In this document: positions 14,657 through 22,103 of the stretch, one piece after another | Position numbering within the stretch: position 1 is the first letter of the stretch | Layout: each line of letters starts with the position of its first letter | Source of the DNA: Octopus bimaculoides | Lineage: Eukaryota | Assembly (NCBI RefSeq): GCF_001194135.2 | Contig: NC_068986.1 | Span: 81,403,485-81,467,484, forward strand | Direction: 5' to 3' | DNA length: 64,000 bases | Position numbers and translations under genes: made by a program | The notes under the pieces: model-generated | The model's database searches: none | The model's input: only the letters and a program-made list of their open reading frames with translations | Told to the model about the DNA's origin: nothing

Positions 14657-17600
14657 TATATCCTTTAAGTTCGTTTATGGGAAACATTGTGAATATGCAT
14701 ATAAAAACTCCTATTCTATTATGCTGGCTACAGCTTAATGATGCCAACTTGCAATACCAGTTTTTTGGGATTGCACCAAGGATTATTCTTGTTATTACTA
14801 TATATCATTTGCTTTGTCTTTTTTTTTCTATGCTGGCATGGGTTAAACAGAAACACGTTTTACAACCATACAGCTAGATGCTCTTCCTATTGCCAACCCT
14901 TCTGTTTTCAAGTAAAGGATTTTTATTTCATTGGTTTTTGAAAGCACACAAGCAACAGGATGTATTTTTAAGATGGAATGTAACATAGCAGTTTTTATGC
15001 AGGCAATAACAATCACGTGGTACATCAGCATCCACACTCATATAAACATAGACGATGTCATTATATTGACCAGATGTTGTAACAAACAGCTGATCACAAT
15101 GCTCAAAACGTCATAGCCAAATACTGCAAGGCATTTTGCCTAACACTAACAATTCAGCAGATCTACTACCCTAATAACACCAACACCAACAATAATAATA
15201 ATGATAACAACAACAAGAATAGAAATTCAATACTTACATTCTGCTGATACTGGCCATAAGGTGGTACATTACCGTACTGTTGTGGCATATTGTAATACCT
15301 AGTAAAGACGAAGAGGAATGTAATAAACTATATATCAAAGAAATAGGAACTAAACAGGTTTAATAGACAACAATAATAATCTTGAGGAGATTGCACAATA
15401 AATGTGTTATCTGCTGGATCATACTTACTGTCCATAAGGATACTGAGAATACATATTATAGTTGTTGTTGTAGTAGAAGTTGTTGCCATAATTACTGCCA
15501 TTGTTGTTGCTGTTGTTGTTAGACTGGTCAGGTAAGTTCATGTTAGGATGGGGTGGTGGTGGTGGTGGTGGCATTTGTTGCATGCTGTGGCCAACATTAC
15601 CAGCTGGGTGAGGACTCTGAAGAGGTGGCGGAGGCATTGGTTGACAGGGTAAGACAGAAGCCGGCAGACCAAGACTTTGTTGAGCTGAAAGGACAGCAGC
15701 TTTTGTTGGACTTGTATCTTTGCAGCTATCAGTGTCAGTCTTTAACTTTAAACCACTTACAGCCTCTAATGCTTTCCGAGCAGTTTCCCATTCTGGTTTA
15801 TTAGGATACATTACATTATCAGAACTAAAACAAAGAGTTTAAATGAAAATTTTAAAAAACAATTAAAAATTGTTTGAAGACAAGAATCTCAATAACAGCT
15901 AAAATAAAATAAAAAAGAATACAGGTGCAAAGAATCAAATATGTTAAGTATGTTGACATTTTGTTCCACTAGTTTATTTATTCTGCAGGTGAAATATAAC
16001 AGATATGCAAGCTAACTAATAATCAGAACTATGTTTTTATGCTACATTATAATCTAAAGTAGAAAGAAACAATATCATTACTATAAAAAACAAACTTCTC
16101 ATGAAAGTATTGGGATCTTTTTTAAAACGGGGGCCACATTTTTCATTAACGAAACACTTTGAAACTTGGATCACTGGTAGAATGTGTCATATAAAACATC
16201 TTTTTCTCTTAGTCTTCTTAAAAAAAAAAAGAAATCCATAAATTATTCCATGTTAAAGTTGTCGTATTTCTGTAATTTCAACCAATCACTGACGTCCATT
16301 CAGCCGATATACATTAAGTGCCGCCTACATAAACAAACGATTCTGAAACAATTAACCCTAACCCTAGGGTTAGGGTTAAAGCAAATTTAAAATGAAAAAA
16401 AAAAAAAANNNNNNNNNNCGCTTAATCAGCCAAAGGAGTAAATATAAACAACTGAATACTTGTCAGTGATTGGTTGAAATTATCGAAATAAGACAATTTT
16501 TTACATGAAATAAATTCGAATACAAAAATATTTTTCTGTTCTATAACACAAAATAGATAAGTATACGGAGTTTGAAAGTCTTTCCGTACCAAAAACACTA
16601 CGTAAAACATTAATGAAAAATGTGGCCCCCGTTTTAAAATAGATCCAAGTATTGTAATAAAGCTGCAAGAATAAGAACAGGCTAGACGAAGTTCAGAGAG
16701 CTTCTACCTTTGTTGGTAACAAAGAGCCTCTCCCTCAGAGTGAAAGGTAGATTGTATGATGCTTGTGTGCAAACAACTATGCTACAAGGCAGTGAAACAT
16801 GAGCTGTGACTGCAGAGGATATGCAAAAGCTTGAAAGAAATGAACTCAGTATGCTTTGTTGAATGTGCAATGTCAGTGTGCATGTAAAAGAGAGTGTGTC
16901 ACAAGAGAAAAATTGGGTACAAGAGGGAGGGCACAAGATGTAGTGTGCAAGAGAGAAGACTGTACTGATATGGCTATGTGGCGCATATGGACAAGGACAG
17001 ATGCATAAATAAGTGCTGATCTCTAACTGTGGAGGGAACCTGTGGAAGAGGAAGACCCAGGATGACACGGGATGAGGCAGTGAAATAAAATCTTTGGAAG
17101 TTGTGTCTCATGGAGGCAATGACAAGTGGCCGAGACTTCTGGCAATTTGCTGTGCTTGAGAAGACACATTAAGTTAAGTGAAACTACACTCATGGCCAGT
17201 GCTAGTGATGTGTAAAAGGTGCCTGTGCTGGTGACATGTGTGAGGCACCCATGCTGGTGAGACATAAAAGGCACCCATGCGAGTGATATGTAAAAGGCAT
17301 CCATGCCGGTGTGTTAGGAATGGTATCTAGTTGTAGAAACTAGGCCAAAACGGACTGGAACCTAGTGCAGCTTTCCATCTTACCAGTTCTAGTCGCACTG
17401 TCTAGCCCATGCCAATGTGGAAAATGGACACTAAATGATGATGTCAAAGATATTTAATGAAGATAAACACTACATGAAAGAAAGGCTGTTGGTGAAAAAA
17501 CTGAGGGTGGTAGCAAAGATCATCACAATCATCATTCAAAAGGATAACACACTATTTTCCCACATCATATTTCCAGTGCTTCGTTATTTCATGTGCGTCA

Positions 17601-20600
17601 CCCAGTATTTTGAGATCAGACTTAATCACATTTTATTCTTCTATGGTTACTGTCCATTATTACCATACAACACTTTGTAACCAAGTCCATATCAGTGTAA
17701 TCTTTTCTTGCATACATCACCTGACAACTTTCAAGAAATCATACTCAAGCCATTCTTCTTCGGTTCCCATAGATCAACTACAGAAGTCCCACTACCAAAT
17801 AGTATCACACATTTTTATAAATTCTTCATATAATCTATCTTCATATGATGAGAAAAAATATTTATAATAGGTCACTGAACTGTGACCACATCTTTGCTTT
17901 TATTCTAATGTCTACCGCTTTATTAGAGCCATCTCCAGGACTAAGTCACTAGAAACTAATAATTACATCTTGTGAGTCATCTTGATACTTCATGGGTTTT
18001 ATTTCCATTTCTTTCAGTACATTTAGTCTGTTAGCCTGCTATAGACTCCACTATACTTTTTGTATACAAACTATTAAGTCCTACCTACTCATTTCCTACG
18101 GAGAAGCTACCTCCCAGATGCTGAACTATTTAAATTTTTCTTTTTAATCTATAGATAAAATTAAAGAAACCTTGGGTTTTAATCAAGCATCTCTCAAATA
18201 AACATGAAGTGAATGCCCTTTAGCAATAAAATAGTGAGGGAAGTCAAAGTAAATCACTTTACAAAAGATTAATTTCACAATTATCAAAATAAAATGTATA
18301 TGAAATCACAGTAATGATGACATTAGTAGCTGACAGCAGCATCCAGCATTTAGTTTGAAGTACTTTAATAGCTGACAGAAGTATCCAGTGTTTTGTTTGA
18401 TGTACTTTAGTAGCAGACAAAAGGAAGTTTTTGAGAGGTTACTGCAAAAAAACTTGTTTTGGAAGTAGACTTCTCTTGCAATAATTTTGAGAAGTAGATA
18501 ATGGAATTTTACATAATGAACAATTTTCTTTAACTAATTATGGCAATCATTCAAATTTCCTACATTTCTTCAACATTACAACCAAATAGTTACACCAAAA
18601 TTTGTTGTGAAAAAAAAAAAGTTCTTCAGTATATATTTCCTTGTGCACGCCTAAATACCTCTCTGCCCCTTTGTAATTGTTGCTTCTAAACCATTTTTTT
18701 TACAAATTAAAGGGTCCCCCCCCCCTTTTTTACAGTTTTCTAAATTGCAGAAACGGTTCCATTTGAGTAGAAATTTGATCAAAGGAATTTCAGCCAACAA
18801 TATTCCTTTTTGTACATCTTGGAAAAGTTTGTCCAATATACAATTCCTATTGCTTTTTAAATAAGTCTTACACTTTACAGAGTAATCAGAATGCTAAAGG
18901 CCAACAGAAATCTAATTTTTTTAAATTAGATTTTTCATTCAATCTGAATACTTTAAAATAGACAATCAAGAGCAGATTCATCAACAATGCCTTAAGTTCA
19001 CTTTTCCATAGAAAGAGGAATTTTCTGAGGCAGTATGTTACCAGATGCTCTTGCTATCACCAGTCCTTTCAGCAACTATTACAACATACAGAAACACGGT
19101 ATACTTTGGTGCTAATCTGCATTGAGTCACATCGAACAATTTAAAGAAAATGGATTTAAGAGGCATCAGATGTGGTGTGCAAGAGAGATGACTGCACTGG
19201 TATGGTCATGAGTTGCAAATGAATGAGGACAGTTGTGTGAAAAAGTGTCACACCCTAGCAGTTGAGGGAACCTGTGGAAGAGGTAGACCTAGGAAAACCT
19301 GGGATGAGGTGGAGAAGCACGACCTTCGAACATTGGGCCTTACTGAGGCAATGACTAGTGACTGGGACCTTTGGAGATATGCTGTGCTTGAGAAGACCCG
19401 ACAAGCCAAGTGAGACCATAGCCCATGGCCTATACAAGTGGGTGTAACAAGCCCACTTATGAATACTCCTCATTCATTGGACAATAAATCTTGCTTGTGG
19501 AGGCAAGTAAAATCAAAATTAAAAACAAAATTGCTGACGTGGCCGACGAGAGTACCACCAGATTGGCACTCATGCCAGTGGAACGTTAAAAGCACATCCA
19601 AACGTAGGGTGAAGACCTATTGAGGCAAGTGTAAACAAATCAAAATCACTGACGTGGCCGATGACAGTACCGCCTGATTGGCACTCGTGCCAGTGGAACG
19701 TTAAAAGCATATCCGAGCGTGATTGTTGCCAGGGCCACGGATTGGCACCGGTACCGGTGACACGTGAAAAACAACATTCGAGCGTGATCGTTGCCCGTGC
19801 CGCCGGACTGGCTCTCATGCAAGTAGCACGTAAAAATACCTTTTGAGTGTGGTCGTTGCCAGAACCACCTGACTGGCCCTCGTGCCGGTGGCACGTAAAA
19901 AGCACCCACTACACTCTCGGCGTGGTTGGCGTTAGGAAGGGCATCCAGCTGTAGAAACTTTGCCAGATCAGATTGAACCTGTTGCAGCCTCTGGCTTACC
20001 AGTCCTCAGTCAAACCGTCCAACCCATGCCAGCATGGAAAGCGGACGTTAAATGATGATGATCTTAACCATGCATGGACAACCTGCGACCCTCGGACGAG
20101 TTTCAGGGTTACTAATTTCATACTAAGACAAATAAAATTGAAGAACTGCAAAAAATTCAGTGTAAAGTGGGCAAGTAATATTTCATTTGGAAATGGTACG
20201 ATACGGCCCCAGTTAAAGAAAAGTTAGTCTACACAATTCCTCCGTAGCTTAACTACAATCTCTCATATAAATGTTATTTAGTTAATTGCGGGATGGAGTG
20301 ATCTGATCTTAAATATTTGTTAAAAGTGTTATAATTTTATAGAAATTGTGTATCTTTTCTATTTGTTGTCAGTGTTTAGCCCGCGGTCAGGGAGTCCAAC
20401 AATGACATTCCTTCAACCCCGCATCCTTGTAAGACTGCATTAGAAAATGTTCTTTCCTTTCCCTTTTTTTTAATGCGACTGGATGTAATATAAGGGAAAT
20501 TTGGATGTCATTTCTGGCAGGTTTAGTGACTACACAGAAGCTATAGTTATAGACGGTGGGCGTAAAGCGAAAGCAAAAGATAAAAGTGGCAGAGTAAAAA

Positions 20601-21778
20601 TAACAACTGAGATATGAATCTAAACAAGCTCCATAATTAAACTGATTTTAATAAATATCAACAATTAATAAATAAGGGGCAAGTAATGCTCTAATTATGT
20701 TAATATTCTAAATGACGGGAGCCTCTGTGTATAGCAGTGCCAATATATGTTAAATGTAACATGAGAAAATCTGAGATGTAGTGAATGCCGCCATTATAAG
20801 GAGTGGCATTGAGGTGGTCTCACTGAAGTTTACAAGTGAAATAGCAGTGAAACTACAGATGGTCCGTCACATCAAATAATACAAAAAAGTTTACAGACAA
20901 GAATAAATTTGATGCGAAAAACAGAAGCCTAACATTACGGGTAGATTCTTCGCCGAGCAGTTCACCTCAAGACATAAGAATTCCTTTCTTCCTCACACCA
21001 AAATAATTTTTTCCGTTTTATTTGTTGTATTACATCAACGTTCTTTAAACACGATTTTCATTTACAAAACACACGCCATTATATTTTAGAGATACAAAAA
21101 TGAAACTCACTGTCTTATGTGATTTTTTTCATTTTTCAATAATTATTTGTAAAAATCATCAAGATACTTTTGTGTGACAGTTTGCTTAATTAACATCGTT
21201 ATTTTCTATAGCTCTCTTTCCATATATATGTGTATGTAATGACAGCATTGTAGCCTATCTCCAGTGTGTAACATAACCTAATATTACTGTTCTGTGTTAG
21301 CTTATAATAATACCAGTTATGTTTTATATAAATACATACACACCAGTTCATATCTACATAACTTACATCAAAGGTAAATCACTGAAAGCCCCCGCTATTT
21401 ATATATCACATATCTGTCCTATATTGCCTCTTTACTTGACATGATACACCAGTCTGTTCCTGATATATATATATATATATATATATACCAACACTGTGTA
21501 TGTATGTATATGTAAATATATATCAACACTGTGTATGTATGTATATGTAAATATATACCAACAGTATATATGTATATATACATAAATCAGTCGATTTCTT
21601 TATCAGCACTAGACGCCATATTACAGTAAATTAACCAACACAAAATATTTGCTATAACATTAAAATAGCATTTACTGATCATAGTAAAACAACGAATACA
21701 TTTTAATATACATTCATAATACCTTTCTGATGTCTCCGACCCTGAGGTAGGGTTATTATTCCAAGAAACTGACGACAT
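639..21778 (-). CDS. LENG8: Leukocyte receptor cluster member 8 / Thp3 homolog (Sac3/GANP-family PCI protein); 15 coding exons in window, final exon upstream of base 1
   Basis: Hand-assembled exons 21723-21778, 15429-15824, 15238-15298, 14115-14475, 11879-12110, 11110-11157, 9183-9326, 8155-8394, 6474-6647, 5403-5541, 3313-3405, 2845-2979, 2085-2153, 1855-1984, 639-846. All GT-AG and phase-compatible: 2486 nt = 828 codons + 2 nt, no stops. Family motifs: [122 protein letters not shown]. Confidence 0.95.
1855..1984 (-). CDS. LENG8: LENG8 coding exon 14 ([17 protein letters not shown]...[17 protein letters not shown])
   Basis: Acceptor ctcttcAG, donor GTATCC; Sac3/GANP-domain motifs. Confidence 0.95.
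2085..2153 (-). CDS. LENG8: LENG8 coding exon 13 ([23 protein letters not shown])
   Basis: Acceptor atttgcAG, donor GTAAGT; 69 nt, below the ORF-track cutoff; conserved VYETHARIA motif. Confidence 0.95.
2845..2979 (-). CDS. LENG8: LENG8 coding exon 12 ([13 protein letters not shown]...[11 protein letters not shown])
   Basis: Acceptor actttcAG, donor GTAAGT; 135 nt, phase 0-0. Confidence 0.95.
3313..3405 (-). CDS. LENG8: LENG8 coding exon 11 ([31 protein letters not shown])
   Basis: Pyrimidine tract plus tgtccAG, donor GTAAGT; 93 nt; IVG.CQDLEK.Y.RLT motif. Confidence 0.94.
5403..5541 (-). CDS. LENG8: LENG8 coding exon 10 ([25 protein letters not shown]...TINNFT)
   Basis: Acceptor catctttAG, donor GTAAGT; RAARF motif. 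Confidence 0.92.
5637..6176 (-). mobile_element. tRNA-derived SINE (family of 35549-35920) with expanded microsatellite and assembly gap
   Basis: Reverse complement of the 35549 element; N gap 5880-5971 lies inside the (CA)n/(TA)n tract. Confidence 0.8.
6474..6647 (-). CDS. LENG8: LENG8 coding exon 9 (Ser-rich plus RG/RGG-like repeats)
   Basis: Acceptor ttcatccAG, donor GTAAGT; 174 nt, open: [43 protein letters not shown]. Confidence 0.9.
7318..7518. mobile_element. piggyBac-type MITE
   Basis: TTAA at 7314-7317 and 7519-7522; ends CCCTTTAACATT...AATGCTTAAGAG; related copy in the opposite orientation at 26997-27215. Confidence 0.65.
8155..8394 (-). CDS. LENG8: LENG8 coding exon 8 (KRKRSRWE plus RS-repeat region)
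   Basis: Acceptor tctttttAG, donor GTATTT; 240 nt, open: [18 protein letters not shown]. Confidence 0.9.
9183..9326 (-). CDS. LENG8: LENG8 coding exon 7 (DYVQRAF...IDWYKEPLP)
   Basis: Acceptor gttttAG, donor GTAAGT; conserved YV.RAF and IDW..EPLP motifs; within ORF 9179..9466. Confidence 0.93.
11110..11157 (-). CDS. LENG8: LENG8 coding exon 6 ([16 protein letters not shown])
   Basis: 48-nt exon, acceptor tattttAG, donor GTAAGT; WP.SLK joins in frame to DYVQRAF. Confidence 0.9.
11879..12110 (-). CDS. LENG8: LENG8 coding exon 5 ([16 protein letters not shown]...polyQ)
   Basis: Acceptor tcttgcAG, donor GTAAGT; 232 nt, phase 1 to 2, open. Confidence 0.88.
14115..14475 (-). CDS. LENG8: LENG8 coding exon 4 (Pro/Gln/His-rich)
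   Basis: Acceptor tttaacAG, donor GTTAGT; 361 nt; overlaps ORF 14110..14427. Confidence 0.88.
15238..15298 (-). CDS. LENG8: LENG8 coding exon 3 ([20 protein letters not shown])
   Basis: Acceptor tttactAG, donor GTAAGT; 61 nt; phases fit both neighbours. Confidence 0.88.
15429..15824 (-). CDS. LENG8: LENG8 coding exon 2 ([19 protein letters not shown]...YPYGQ)
   Basis: Acceptor ttgttttAG, donor GTAAGT; 396 nt; PEWE.AR.AL resembles the LENG8 N-terminal motif. Confidence 0.9.
16113..16646. mobile_element. Non-autonomous TIR element (MITE) with 8-bp TSD; Merlin-like by its GG termini
   Basis: About 37-bp TIR GGATCT(T/A)TTTTAAAACGGGGGCCACATTTTTCATTAA; TSD AAGTATTG at 16105-16112 and 16647-16654; internal inverted arms; 10-nt gap at 16409-16418. 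Confidence 0.8.
16683..17445 (+). mobile_element. 5'-truncated, degenerate RTE-clade LINE (ORF C-terminus plus 3' UTR)
   Basis: Decayed [23 protein letters not shown] and GRGRPR.TW.E motifs, followed by the family 3' tail ending tgatgatg. Confidence 0.8.
19140..20062 (+). mobile_element. 5'-truncated RTE-clade LINE with a tandem-repeat 3' UTR
   Basis: ORF 19213..19413 ([17 protein letters not shown]...DLRTLGL); about 65-bp UTR repeats; tail ...gcatggaaagcggacgttaaatgatgatgat. Confidence 0.85.
21466..21582. repeat. About 37-bp minisatellite (about 3 copies) grown from a (TA)n tract
   Basis: Unit ~CAACACTGTGTATGTATGTATATGTAAATATATA. Confidence 0.75.
21723..21778 (-). CDS. LENG8: LENG8 first coding exon ([18 protein letters not shown]-)
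   Basis: ATG at 21778 in a CpG-rich region; donor AG|GTATTA in phase 2 matches the phase-2 acceptor at 15824. No better candidate seen in 15.8-21.7 kb. Confidence 0.72.
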
Positions 21779-22103
21779 TAGAAATATTTCAACGTTCGTA
21801 ACACAAAAAAAGACATCGGACATAGAACGATAGAATTTAGAGCGCATGCGTGCATTAGCATTCAACCAGGCAGCTACTGAATGTTTCGTATTTATTACGG
21901 TAATATAATTCACTTGTTTCTTCAGAAATTTATATTATAAACATATATATTTAATCGATTAAAGAATCTTTTTTTCAAATTGTTTATACTATATTTCTAA
22001 TGTTGATGGGAAGCTAGCTCTGCTTCGCCATCCTGACACAAACTTTTATGGCGCCAATTTTTTATGTTGTTTCGTTCGTAGAATTACGAATTCTGTCTGT
22101 ACT
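21779..22103. promoter_or_regulatory. Compact bidirectional promoter region between the LENG8 and MCM10 start codons
   Basis: Divergent ATGs 325 bp apart; CpG-rich; GCGCATGCGT (NRF1-like) at 21842-21851; ATGGCGCCAAT (E2F-like TTGGCGCC on minus) at 22048-22058; YY1-like AATATGGCGTC on minus at 21612-21622. Motif roles are inferred. Confidence 0.7.

Noticed and set aside
16352-16379. Telomere fusion scar
   Set aside because: There are only about two repeats per side and they lie inside a TSD-flanked MITE. The orientation (CCCTAA then TTAGGG) is also the reverse of an end-to-end fusion.
19713-19910. CRISPR-like regularly spaced palindromic repeats
   Set aside because: Whole units are homologous with no unique spacers, they lie in an RTE 3' UTR, and there are no cas genes.
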